Positions 37,723 to 47,248 of a stretch of DNA of 50,335 nucleotides are shown piece by piece. Under the pieces are notes generated by a model. The model was not told the origin of the DNA. It did not search any database and saw only the letters and a list, made by a program, of their open reading frames with translations. Origin of the DNA: an uncultured Alphaproteobacteria bacterium (lineage in GTDB: Bacteria; Pseudomonadota; Alphaproteobacteria; Rs-D84); assembly GCA_944389645.1 (NCBI GenBank), contig CALXMZ010000033.1, forward strand, positions 1 to 50,335, written 5' to 3'. A program made the translations under genes and the position numbers. How positions within the stretch are numbered: the first letter of the stretch is position 1; each line of letters opens with the position of its first letter.

Positions 37723-39309
37723 ATGGTTTTGTTTAAAAAGGTATCTTTTTTTATTTTATCGTTACCATTAGTCGGTTGTACAACAGTACCGACAACTTTA
37801 CATGATGAAAAATTAAAAGATTATTCTCCGAAAATAACAGCAGAAGATTTTATCTATGATCCGATGAATACGCCGATTGCAAAGTACTATGAAAAAGAGT
37901 TAAAAGCTGAAGAAGATATAAGTGGTGCAACATTAATAGAAGACGGTTTATCTGCTTTCGTTATAAGAGCAGCTTTTGCAAGAATGGCGACAAAGACAAT
38001 AGATTTACAAACATATATTTATAGTAATGATTTTTCGTCAAAAGTTTTAATAGGTGAGTTAAAAAAAGCTGCTGATAGGGGAGTCAAAATACGTGTTTTA
38101 ATTGACGATTATGGCACGAAGTCGGATATCGTTGATGTTATGTTACTAAATCAACATCCTAATATAGAAGTTAAAGTTTTTAATACTGTGGCAAATCGTT
38201 CAAAATTGTTATATTACCCTCAGTTTTTAATGGATTTTAATCGTTTAAACTCTAGGATGCATAATAAGCTTTTCATTGTAGATAATATTGCATACATAAC
38301 TGGTGGTAGGAATGTAGGAAGTAATTATTTTTATCCTGAAACAGCCTCTAACTTTTCAGATACAGATGTTTTATTTGTTGGTGATATGACGAAATATGCA
38401 ACTGCTAGTTTTGATGAGTATTGGAATTACCATTTATCAATACCTGCTTCCGTTTTTCCAAAATCAAAATCAAAAAAGGATGCTAAAAAGTTAGAAAAGA
38501 AATTTAAAGAAATAGAGAAAGAAAGTTCAGATAGCATAAATCAATATAATAAGATCATTTCAATGGTTCAGAAGGAGTATCAGAATAAAAATTTTGATTT
38601 CTGTTGGGGACACGGAAAGTTTTTAGCGGATCCTCCATACAAAGTTGAAATGACAATGGAAGAAAAAGAAAATTATCGTGGGGATATAATAAAAGAATTA
38701 ATGCGTTTATGGAATCAGACAGATAATTCTGTATATATTTCTGCTGCATATTTCGTCCCTGGTGAGGGTGGTTTAGATCATATGTTAAAAGAAGAAAAAT
38801 CTGGTGTTCATATGACGGTAGTAACTAATTCGTTGGCGTCAACAAATGCTCCTACGGTTTATGCAAAATGGGAAAAATACAGAAAGCAGTTAATTGATTC
38901 TGGCGCAGATGTATATGAATTTATGTTGTCTGCAGAAAATTTACGCGGAAAGGAACATGATAGAGAAAGAAAACAATCTAGTTTTTCTGTTCTGCATAGT
39001 AAAACGATGGTTTTTGACGATGATATTTCTTGGATAGGTAGTTTTAATTTAGATCCAAGAAGTGCTTGCTATAATACAGAAAATGTTGCGATTTTTGAAA
39101 GTAAAGAATTTGCGGATAGATTGCGTGAAATGATTATTAGAGATACAAAAACTTCATGGCATGTTACAATAGAAAACGGTAGTACGGTTTGGACAGGTAG
39201 TAGACCTGGTGACGAAAAACCGCGTGTATATAATAAATCTCCGGATACAAGCATATTTAGACGCATTTGGAAGAATATTACGAACCTTGTTCCAGAGAAG
39301 TTCGTGTAA
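37723..39309 (+). CDS. Phospholipase D family protein, ClsC/YmdC-like cardiolipin synthase; probable lipoprotein
   Basis: Two HKD motifs (MHNKLFIVD and LHSKTMVFD), GGRNVG and GSFNLDPRS; lipobox LVGC. Confidence 0.88.
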   Translation: MVLFKKVSFFILSLPLVGCTTVPTTLHDEKLKDYSPKITAEDFIYDPMNTPIAKYYEKELKAEEDISGATLIEDGLSAFVIRAAFARMATKTIDLQTYIYSNDFSSKVLIGELKKAADRGVKIRVLIDDYGTKSDIVDVMLLNQHPNIEVKVFNTVANRSKLLYYPQFLMDFNRLNSRMHNKLFIVDNIAYITGGRNVGSNYFYPETASNFSDTDVLFVGDMTKYATASFDEYWNYHLSIPASVFPKSKSKKDAKKLEKKFKEIEKESSDSINQYNKIISMVQKEYQNKNFDFCWGHGKFLADPPYKVEMTMEEKENYRGDIIKELMRLWNQTDNSVYISAAYFVPGEGGLDHMLKEEKSGVHMTVVTNSLASTNAPTVYAKWEKYRKQLIDSGADVYEFMLSAENLRGKEHDRERKQSSFSVLHSKTMVFDDDISWIGSFNLDPRSACYNTENVAIFESKEFADRLREMIIRDTKTSWHVTIENGSTVWTGSRPGDEKPRVYNKSPDTSIFRRIWKNITNLVPEKFV

Positions 39310-39353
39310 TATAAAAATATTGACAAATTTTTTCGTGTAGTATATTCGTTTGT

Positions 39354-40528
39354 ATGGAGGATGAAGTAATAAATATTTCGAAAGTCTTGCAAAATGAAGA
39401 AGAAGAACCATTTTTTAAGTCGGTATACAATGGGTTTATGGATTTGTTTTCCAAAAAGCGTTTTGCAAAGAAGTGGGCTTTTGCGCCTGTTGATATAAGG
39501 CTTCGTTGTACAAATAAGTGTGAGACGAGAATTGCGCGCATTGTTTTGAGTGTAGTGGACCAAACCAGGCTTTAAATTATATATCTGTTGAAGATGCGAA
39601 ATATTATTTAAATTCTTTTTCTAGATTAAAATCTGTTTATATGACAGGTGGTGAATGGTCTTTGATATATGATGTGGAACCGCATTATATGTTAAAAATG
39701 TTTAAAGAATTTGATATATCAAAGACAGATGTGTATTGTTTGCAGACTAATTGTAGATGGGTATTTGGTCCGAAAAGAGCAGAGATATTAAGCGATTTAT
39801 TACAGATTCAGAACGAGCTTGCTAAAAAAGGAAAGCAATTAAAATTAAGCACATCAGTTGATAGGTATCATTCACCGAAAATAGCAGATTGTGTAAAAGA
39901 GTTGATATCTTGTATTGCAAGAGATAAAAGATTTAATGCAACGAAAATTGTTATAATGTCTGCTTGTATAGATTCCGGTATGGCAAGGGAAAAAGTTTTA
40001 TTGCCGGACTTTTTTAAATCTCGTGGTGTGACATTAAAATTTGAATCTCAGAATATGCTGTTTTCTCCGTATTTCTATGTGTGTTATGCAAATAATGTAA
40101 GAATTGTGGTTCATGAAGAAGGACCTACGATGCGAATTGGTAGGGCTGCACAAAATGATTTCGGATATAAAATATTTTATCCGTCTTTGCAGTGTGGCGG
40201 GCTTACAAAAGACACTCTTTGTATGGAATTATCTATGCAGGAAAACGGTATGATGAAGTGGCATAGTTATTATGATTGGAATATCGTAACGTCGTATAAA
40301 GATAAGAACGGTAAAAATAAACCTATTGAGCAGATAAAATCAGAATTGATAAATGCGGCATGGAAAAAAGAATTTAAAGAAAATATGAAGGAATGTATGC
40401 TTTTTAGCATACCTGTTTATGGTTTGTTACGTCGCATAAAAATAAATAAAGAAATAGAAAAATCATATTTAGAAAATACGAAAAAAATAATAATACGGTT
40501 AAAAGATGTTAATTATCTTTCTTTGTAA
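39354..40528 (+). pseudogene. Radical SAM protein split by a 2-nt frameshift inside the CX3CX2C motif
   Basis: Removing 2 nt at about 39522-39523 joins TNKC to DENCAHCFECSGP...VYMTGGEW and gives one 390-aa ORF from the track ORFs 39354-39575 and 39641-40528. Confidence 0.8.
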
Positions 40529-40537
40529 AGAAAATTT

Positions 40538-40684
40538 TTAATGCTTTGTTTTGCATTTTTTTGCGTTTTTATCGGCAATAGACAAAGCAATAGCGACTGC
40601 TTGTTTATGCGGTTTACCGGCTTTAATTTCGGTTCTAATATTTTCAGAAATTGCTTTACGGGAACAACCTTTTATTAATGGCAT
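40538..40684 (-). CDS. Small basic hypothetical protein (48 aa)
   Basis: Read manually: [48 protein letters not shown], with an AGGAG SD. Confidence 0.75.
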   Translation of the reverse strand: MPLIKGCSRKAISENIRTEIKAGKPHKQAVAIALSIADKNAKKCKTKH

Positions 40685-40768
40685 AAAAACTCCTGCTAAT
40701 TTTTATTTGATATTTTATCACGATAAATTACGAATTTAATAAGATTTGTTTCTTATAAGGTAGTAAAA

Positions 40769-41098
40769 TTAACTATGTGCAATCAAATGCATTACTATAC
40801 TTATAAAAAATATTATAGTTATTATTCCTAAGATGATTTTTTGTGTTTTGTGGTTACTTTTTTCATGGCAATGTTCACATTTGCATTTACAATCACGTAA
40901 TACTAAATACCAGGATAAGATCAACATACAAGCAGAGAAAAAAAATAACCAAGGTTCGAACCAATGAGGTATGAATTCTGCATGTGCAAATTCCGGAGCA
41001 AATAAAGATATTATAGATAATAAGATAGGTAACACACAACAAAAGATGTGCGGTAAAATGCTTGCGATGATTCCGATTTTTATAGCTTTGTTTTTCAT
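40769..41098 (-). CDS. Small 3-TM membrane protein with Cys/His motifs (MerC/MerT-like, putative metal transport)
   Basis: PHIFCCVLP in TM1 and a CKCKCEHCH loop. Confidence 0.6.
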   Translation of the reverse strand: MKNKAIKIGIIASILPHIFCCVLPILLSIISLFAPEFAHAEFIPHWFEPWLFFFSACMLILSWYLVLRDCKCKCEHCHEKSNHKTQKIILGIITIIFFISIVMHLIAHS

Positions 41099-41116
41099 AA
41101 AAATTCTTTAATTCTG

Positions 41117-41192
41117 TGGTATCCCCAACAGGAATCGAACCTGTATCAAAGGTTTAGGAAACCTCTATTCTATCCGGTTGAACTATGGGGAC
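41117..41192 (-). tRNA. tRNA-Arg (CCT)
   Basis: Minus strand GTCCCCA TA GTTC AACCGGATA GAAT A GAGGT TT CCT AA ACCTT TGAT ACAGG TTCGATT CCTGT TGGGGAT A CCA. Confidence 0.95.
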
Positions 41193-41226
41193 GAGAACAA
41201 GTATATTTTATTCAAAGATTTTAATA

Positions 41227-41255
41227 TTGCAAGTTGTAATCGCGGTTTGTATAAT
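41227..41255 (+). promoter_or_regulatory. Sigma70-like promoter for fabH-ihfA
   Basis: TTGCAA-N17-TATAAT. Confidence 0.65.
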
Positions 41256-41277
41256 AAATCAGAAAAAAGGAAATTTT

Positions 41278-42216
41278 ATGGGAAGTAAATTGATTGGTTA
41301 TGGTTCTTATTTGCCTGAAAAGGTTATGGTCAATCAAGATTTTGAAAAGATAATGGATACATCTGATGAATGGATAGTTCAGCGCACAGGGATGCGAGAA
41401 CGTCATTTTGCACGAGATGACGAAACCGTTGCAGATATGGCAACGATTGCTGCGCAAAGGGCTTTGGATAATGCGAAGCTTTCAATAAATGACATTGATT
41501 TGATAATAGTTGCTACGACAACGTCAGAGCTAGATTTTCCTTCGGTTGGGGTGCAAGTATTCGGTCATTTGGGGGCAACGAATAATGCTCCTGCATTTGA
41601 CGTTCGCGGTGCGTGTACTGGGTATATTTACGCGTTGCATTGTGCTCGTGCATTTTTTTCTGCTGGCATGCATAATCGTATAATGATTATTGGTGCAGAA
41701 AAGATGACGCGTTTCATTGATTGGACAGATAGAAGCACGGCGGTATTATTTGGTGACGGGGCTGGTGCATTGATATTTGAACATTCTACATCAAGTTATT
41801 CTGGTATAATTGATACCGTTGTTATGTCAGATGGGAAAGAGTTTGATATGTTACATGGTTCGTTAGATCATAAGATTATAATGAATGGACCAGAAACGTA
41901 TAAGAAAGCCGTAACATTAATGCCTGAAGCAGCAACTTATATAATGGAGCATGCAGGTATAACTGCTGATAATGTAGATTGGATTATACCTCATCAGGCA
42001 AATTTGCGGATAATTCATAGTGGGGCAGAAAGATTAGGGTTCCCTTTTGAAAAGATTTTAGTGACGGTTGATAAGCACGCAAATACAAGTGGGGCTTCAG
42101 GTGTATTGGCTTTATCATATGCATTTGATAACGGTATAATAAAGAAAGGTCAGTTAATATTGTATCCTGCGTTCGGTAGTGGTTTAACGTGGGGTGCGGC
42201 TTTAATTAGGGTGTAG
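41278..42216 (+). CDS. fabH: Beta-ketoacyl-ACP synthase III
   Basis: GSYLPE, DTSDEWI, catalytic GACTG / PHQAN / ANTS, and FGDGAGA. The track start at 41185 overlaps the tRNA and is too long. Confidence 0.96.
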   Translation: MGSKLIGYGSYLPEKVMVNQDFEKIMDTSDEWIVQRTGMRERHFARDDETVADMATIAAQRALDNAKLSINDIDLIIVATTTSELDFPSVGVQVFGHLGATNNAPAFDVRGACTGYIYALHCARAFFSAGMHNRIMIIGAEKMTRFIDWTDRSTAVLFGDGAGALIFEHSTSSYSGIIDTVVMSDGKEFDMLHGSLDHKIIMNGPETYKKAVTLMPEAATYIMEHAGITADNVDWIIPHQANLRIIHSGAERLGFPFEKILVTVDKHANTSGASGVLALSYAFDNGIIKKGQLILYPAFGSGLTWGAALIRV

Positions 42217-42219
42217 AAA

Positions 42220-42507
42220 ATGGCAACGATAACAAGAAGTGATTTTGCAAATAGATTGCGTGAGCGTTTCGGTTTAACGACAAGCGATGCTTACAAATTA
42301 GTAGACATTGTATTTGATGAAATAAGTGAATCTTTGATAAACGGTGAAGAAGTAAAATTTGCCGGTTTTGGTAGTTTTAAGATTCTGACGAAAGCGCAAC
42401 GTATGGGAAGGAACCCGAAAACGGGGGTTCCTGCTGTAATTAGTGCTCGTAAAGTTGCGTCCTTTAGACCAAGTAGTGAATTTAGGAAACGTGTCGCAGA
42501 AAAATAA
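42220..42507 (+). CDS. ihfA: Integration host factor alpha (HU/IHF family)
   Basis: GFGSF and RMGRNPKTG...ISARKV.SFRPS; fabH-ihfA synteny. Confidence 0.85.
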   Translation: MATITRSDFANRLRERFGLTTSDAYKLVDIVFDEISESLINGEEVKFAGFGSFKILTKAQRMGRNPKTGVPAVISARKVASFRPSSEFRKRVAEK

Positions 42508-42588
42508 ATACCGGTAAAAACCGGCATTTTTATTGTTGGACTTATAAATTTGATATGCTTAATAAAAGACCGATAAAGACCGTTTCTT

Positions 42589-44583
42589 TTACCATAGAGT
42601 TATACGATTTTCTGGGGCAACATACATTTTATCAGTTGGTTTTATATTAAAAGCTTCATACCAAGCGTTTATATGAGGAAGTGTTCCATTAACACGCCAC
42701 CGAGCCAAAGAATGTTCATCCATTTTTGTTAATCGAAGAGCTTCTTCGTCACGTATGTTTTGTGCCCATGCTCCAGCATATGCGATAAAAAATCTTTGAT
42801 CAGCACTAAGACCTTCAACGTTATTTGTTTGTACTCCAAAGTTTTTATATGCAGTAAAGGATATTGTTATGCCGCCATAGTCCGCTAAATTTTCACCAAG
42901 CGTGAATTCACCGTTGGCATGTACGCCTGGGGCAATTTCTATTTTGTTGAAAAATTCTTTCAATATATTTGCCCGAACTTCAAAACCGCTTGCGTCATCT
43001 GCTGTCCACCAGTCTTTTAGGTTACCTTCTTTATCAAATTTTCGGCCAGAATCATCGAACCCATGTGTCATTTCGTGTCCGATTACGCTTCCGATTGCTC
43101 CATAATTAAACGCATCATCTGCGGACATGTCAAAAAAAGGCGGTTGTAAAATTCCTGCAGGGAAACAGATTTCATTCGTAGAAGGGTCATAATAAGCATT
43201 TATCTCGTGCGCATTCATATACCAAATTGTCGGGTCTTTTCTTTTACCAATTTTTTCTAACCAGAAAGTATCCTCAAACTTAGAGACATTTACCATATTG
43301 TCCCATAAAGATTTTTCCGCACTTATTTCAAGTTTAGAATAATCGCGCCATTTATCTGGGTAACCGATTTTTGCTTTAAAAGTATTAAGTTTTTCTAGTG
43401 CTTTTTCTTTTGTTTCTTTTGACATCCAGTCAAGGTTTTCAATTCGGATTGCATATGCGCGTTGCAAATTTTTAACTAATTGTTGCATACGTTCTTTGGC
43501 ATCTGCAGAAAAATATTTATCAACATACAGATGACCTATTTCTTCGCCCAATGAAGAATCAAGCAGTCCAATTGCACGTTTCCAACGTGGTTTAGGTTCT
43601 TTTTGACCTGCCATTGTACGATTGTAAAAGTCAAAAGATATATCATAAGAAGTGTTGTCCAACAAAGTATCCGCACTGCTTATAATACGATATTTTAAAT
43701 AAGTTTTGATTAGTTCTAAATCTGTATCGTTTATTATAGCAATAGATTCAGCAATTGCTTCTGGTTGATTTATGTTTATATATTCTGCTGCGCTGGCACC
43801 ACGAGCTTGCAGGTATTTATCCCAGTCAAAATTTTTAAAGTTTTCTTTTACTTCTGCGATTGACATTTTATGATAGTTTGCGTGTGGGTCGCGTAATTTT
43901 TCTTTTGGATAGAAAGAATTTGCCATGCGTTCTTCCAGTGCATATAGTTTTTCTACATCGACAGGAATACCAAAATTCAGCATTTGTTTTGCAATAAATT
44001 CTTTATACTTTTTTCTAATTTCTACTGTTTTATCATCTGTGTCGAAATAATAGTCACGAGATAAACCAAGACCACCTTGGCCAATATTGTATAAATAATA
44101 TTCGCTATCTTTTTCGTCTAATGCAACGCCGTCACCCCAGAAAGCAGAAGAAAAAGTATGCATTTTGCCTAAGTATTCAGGTAATTGCTCTTTTGTTTTG
44201 ATATCATCTATTTCTGCAAGATAAGGTTGAACGGGGGTTGTTTTATCTGCATTAAGTTTTTCTTCGTTCATCACGATTTTATATAGAGTTCCGATTTTCC
44301 CGTTATTTGTTTCTGCAATTTCTCGAACTCTTTTCAGGTTTGTTTCATTTAGAATTTCAAATGCACCATACCTTGTGTAATCGTCTGGAATAGGGTTCGC
44401 TTTGCGCCAACCAAGCGTTGCATAATCAAAAAAGTTATCACCAGGTTTTACTGATAAGTCCATGTTTTCTAATTTTATTCCGGCATTCATAGTTTTCTCC
44501 TTTTGCGTGATAACGAAATAAGCAATTGTCACAGCGATTGCTACTGCAATTATTCCGATTATGTTTAATAGTTTGTTCTGCAT
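42589..44583 (-). CDS. M13 family (PepO/neprilysin-like) metallopeptidase with an N-terminal anchor
   Basis: INAYY, FPAGILQPPFF, HEMTHGFD and GENLADYGG. Confidence 0.95.
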   Translation of the reverse strand: MQNKLLNIIGIIAVAIAVTIAYFVITQKEKTMNAGIKLENMDLSVKPGDNFFDYATLGWRKANPIPDDYTRYGAFEILNETNLKRVREIAETNNGKIGTLYKIVMNEEKLNADKTTPVQPYLAEIDDIKTKEQLPEYLGKMHTFSSAFWGDGVALDEKDSEYYLYNIGQGGLGLSRDYYFDTDDKTVEIRKKYKEFIAKQMLNFGIPVDVEKLYALEERMANSFYPKEKLRDPHANYHKMSIAEVKENFKNFDWDKYLQARGASAAEYININQPEAIAESIAIINDTDLELIKTYLKYRIISSADTLLDNTSYDISFDFYNRTMAGQKEPKPRWKRAIGLLDSSLGEEIGHLYVDKYFSADAKERMQQLVKNLQRAYAIRIENLDWMSKETKEKALEKLNTFKAKIGYPDKWRDYSKLEISAEKSLWDNMVNVSKFEDTFWLEKIGKRKDPTIWYMNAHEINAYYDPSTNEICFPAGILQPPFFDMSADDAFNYGAIGSVIGHEMTHGFDDSGRKFDKEGNLKDWWTADDASGFEVRANILKEFFNKIEIAPGVHANGEFTLGENLADYGGITISFTAYKNFGVQTNNVEGLSADQRFFIAYAGAWAQNIRDEEALRLTKMDEHSLARWRVNGTLPHINAWYEAFNIKPTDKMYVAPENRITLW

Positions 44584-44586
44584 TTT

Positions 44587-45645
44587 TTACCTCGTCAAGT
44601 TTAGCAATAAATCTTCCAAAATCAACATGCCTTTTTCTGTAGCAGCAAGTCTATTTTCTGAAATTAGTTTTAATAATTCTGGGTTATTGTTTACGAAATC
44701 AAAGTTTATAATTTTTTTTATGTTAGAATCAAGTTTTACACCACGAATTTGACGAAGCCCGGTGATTAATTTTTCTATTGCACGTACCTGATTAGAAATT
44801 TCTTCGAATTTTTGCTGTTCGCCCATTTGTTCGTACCAAACGTCGTTTATTAAAATGCGACCTGCAGCACCTTGCCCTATACCTATATAAGGTTCGCCAT
44901 CCCAAACATTTTGATTATGGCGACATTCTTGCCCAGGAGAAGCATAATTAGAAACTTCATAACGTGGTAAATTAAGATTTTCGGTTATCGCGGTATACAT
45001 TTCTGCCATTTCTTCGTTGCTTGGCAGTTGCAAATTCATTGTTCCGAAAGGAGTTTCTGGTTCAATGGTTAACTCGTACATAGAACAATGTGTTAAACCC
45101 AAACAGTTAATATCTTTGCATGTATTTATAATGTCTTGATGTGTTTCGTGTGGCAGACCGTAAATAAAATCAGCGGATACGCGCAGATCTAAATTTTGTG
45201 CTGCTATTAATAAGTCTTTTGCTTGTTCCGCGTTATGAATTCTACCCAAGAATTTTAGTTTATCATCGTTTAAAGATTGTATGCCTATTGATAACCTATT
45301 AACCCCTGCTTTTACGAAGTCTGATAATTTATTTTTGTCCAGTGTTCCGGGGTTAGATTCTAATGTAATTTCACAGTGTTTATCTAAGTTAAAGTTAGAT
45401 TTAATAGTTGATATTATATTTTCAAAAGTTTTTATCGGTATTAAAGATGGAGTACCCCCGCCAAAAAATATTGTAGGAATAGAAATTTTACCAAGTTTCC
45501 TAGACCAATATTTTATTTCTTTTAGAATATTTTCTTCGTATTTATCCCAGTCTGGTTCTGTACAGGCGCGTGAAAAAAAAGCACAATAATTGCACTTCTT
45601 TATACAAAATGGTACATGTATATATATGTTATGAGGTTTAATCAT
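44587..45645 (-). CDS. hemW: Radical SAM heme chaperone HemW (HemN-like)
   Basis: YIHVPFCIKKCNYCAF, FGGGTPS, YEVSNYA and CRHN. Confidence 0.9.
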   Translation of the reverse strand: MIKPHNIYIHVPFCIKKCNYCAFFSRACTEPDWDKYEENILKEIKYWSRKLGKISIPTIFFGGGTPSLIPIKTFENIISTIKSNFNLDKHCEITLESNPGTLDKNKLSDFVKAGVNRLSIGIQSLNDDKLKFLGRIHNAEQAKDLLIAAQNLDLRVSADFIYGLPHETHQDIINTCKDINCLGLTHCSMYELTIEPETPFGTMNLQLPSNEEMAEMYTAITENLNLPRYEVSNYASPGQECRHNQNVWDGEPYIGIGQGAAGRILINDVWYEQMGEQQKFEEISNQVRAIEKLITGLRQIRGVKLDSNIKKIINFDFVNNNPELLKLISENRLAATEKGMLILEDLLLNLTR

Positions 45646-45756
45646 ATTGGCATTTTATCTTAAAAGCATAAAAAATCCAGTTATTGATTTAAATGAAAAG
45701 AAAATCTCTTTTTATATGAGTTTTTTTGTGATATAATGCACATACGATAATTAGGA

Positions 45757-47238
45757 ATGAGAGCAGGGTTATTTTCTTTTTTAAGTATATTAACAGTTTC
45801 ATTTGGAGGTTATGCTTCAAGTGAAGGTGTACCGTCTTACTATCAGAATGATACAAATAGTACATCAGCAAGTTCTTCTTATGGTCAATATCAACAACAA
45901 GGTTATACTAAGTATGTAGGCCAAACCGGTGAAAAACAGATAGTTAATAGTCGATCTTACTCGTATCAAGTACCGCGTCAGACTTTGCCGACCATGAATG
46001 GTACGATGACCACGAATGGTATAGCAATGCCAGTTTCAGAAGAACCTGCAACTACCATTTATGCAAAATATGCTAGGCGTTTTGCAGATTTTCAATTTGA
46101 AACTGGGGTAAATTCCATTCTTGAATGGGATGATATGGTGTTCAATGAGATTGGTGTTGGTTTGCAACATAATTTCAATATAAGAAATTTTGATATGTTT
46201 GCGTATGGTGAATATAGTATGGGTTTCATGTCACATGGTGGGTTATCAATGGATTATGATTTAAAACCATATGATGAATCTAAACCAGATTACGGTATAT
46301 TTACTGTTTCTATTGGCGATCAGACTGGTAAGACAAATCATTTTAAGTTAGGTATAGGTGCTCATCATATATGGGATATAGGTGGGTGGAAATTATCGCC
46401 ATCGTTTGGTTACGAAATTTTCAATCATAATTTAGAAATGTCGGATCACTTATATCCCAACCCAGGAATATTCTTACCATTGATGACAAACAAGGGTGAT
46501 TATGTTTATGGTGATGTAAACGGTAATTATTATTCTTTACCGATTAATGCGGAAGCGCCTGAAGATTGGTATCAGGTATGTATGTCACCTGAAGATATAA
46601 AATTAGTGCAGGCTCCTGCGGGTGGTGCATTAGTTGATTTAGGAACAACGCTTGTAACTGGTGATTATGATCCAGCAATGGGTTATATTCCTTGGGGGGT
46701 TGATTCTAATGAGTGTGTAATTATCGGTGGTGATGGCCCTGTATTGGTTGAAGGTACAACGCACATTTATAATACTACGTGGAGTGGTTTTTATATAGGT
46801 TTAGAAGTAGAAAAACAGATGACGTTGAAAGATAATTTACGTTTTTATGTTCAGTTTGGGTTACCAAAATATTCATCTGAAGGTACGTGGCCAAATAGAA
46901 CTGATTGGCAGCAAAACCCTAGTTTTATAGATGAGGGTAGCAATGACGCATATTCTTATTCTGCAGAAATGGAATATAATTATAAGATATCAGATCGTAT
47001 GCAACTGGCCATAAAAGTAGATACAGATTATTTCTACGTTGGTAAAATAGGTGGTGAATTGTATCTTGCAGAATATACAAGTTACGTTTTAGATGAAAAT
47101 GGTATGTATATTTTGGACGATAATGGGTTGCCGATTTTAGAAACGGTGCCTGCAAGTACGCAGTACATCAGTAATCAATTAAATTATGCTACGTGGCAAT
47201 CGTTTGGGTTGCATATAGGCGTTAAATACGCATTTTAA
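45757..47238 (+). CDS. Outer-membrane beta-barrel protein, omptin-like
   Basis: Signal peptide, SILEWDD, SMDYD, amphipathic strands and C-terminal GLHIGVKYAF. Confidence 0.6.
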   Translation: MRAGLFSFLSILTVSFGGYASSEGVPSYYQNDTNSTSASSSYGQYQQQGYTKYVGQTGEKQIVNSRSYSYQVPRQTLPTMNGTMTTNGIAMPVSEEPATTIYAKYARRFADFQFETGVNSILEWDDMVFNEIGVGLQHNFNIRNFDMFAYGEYSMGFMSHGGLSMDYDLKPYDESKPDYGIFTVSIGDQTGKTNHFKLGIGAHHIWDIGGWKLSPSFGYEIFNHNLEMSDHLYPNPGIFLPLMTNKGDYVYGDVNGNYYSLPINAEAPEDWYQVCMSPEDIKLVQAPAGGALVDLGTTLVTGDYDPAMGYIPWGVDSNECVIIGGDGPVLVEGTTHIYNTTWSGFYIGLEVEKQMTLKDNLRFYVQFGLPKYSSEGTWPNRTDWQQNPSFIDEGSNDAYSYSAEMEYNYKISDRMQLAIKVDTDYFYVGKIGGELYLAEYTSYVLDENGMYILDDNGLPILETVPASTQYISNQLNYATWQSFGLHIGVKYAF

Positions 47239-47248
47239 AGGTGTTAAT

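Noticed and set aside
39519-39526. Selenocysteine or programmed frameshift at the TGA in the radical SAM downstream frame
   Set aside because: That frame has no plausible start, no slippery heptamer is visible, and a simple 2-nt deletion restores the canonical motif.
40551-40739. 62-aa plus-strand ORF
   Set aside because: It is the antisense shadow of the 48-aa minus-strand gene, which has an SD.
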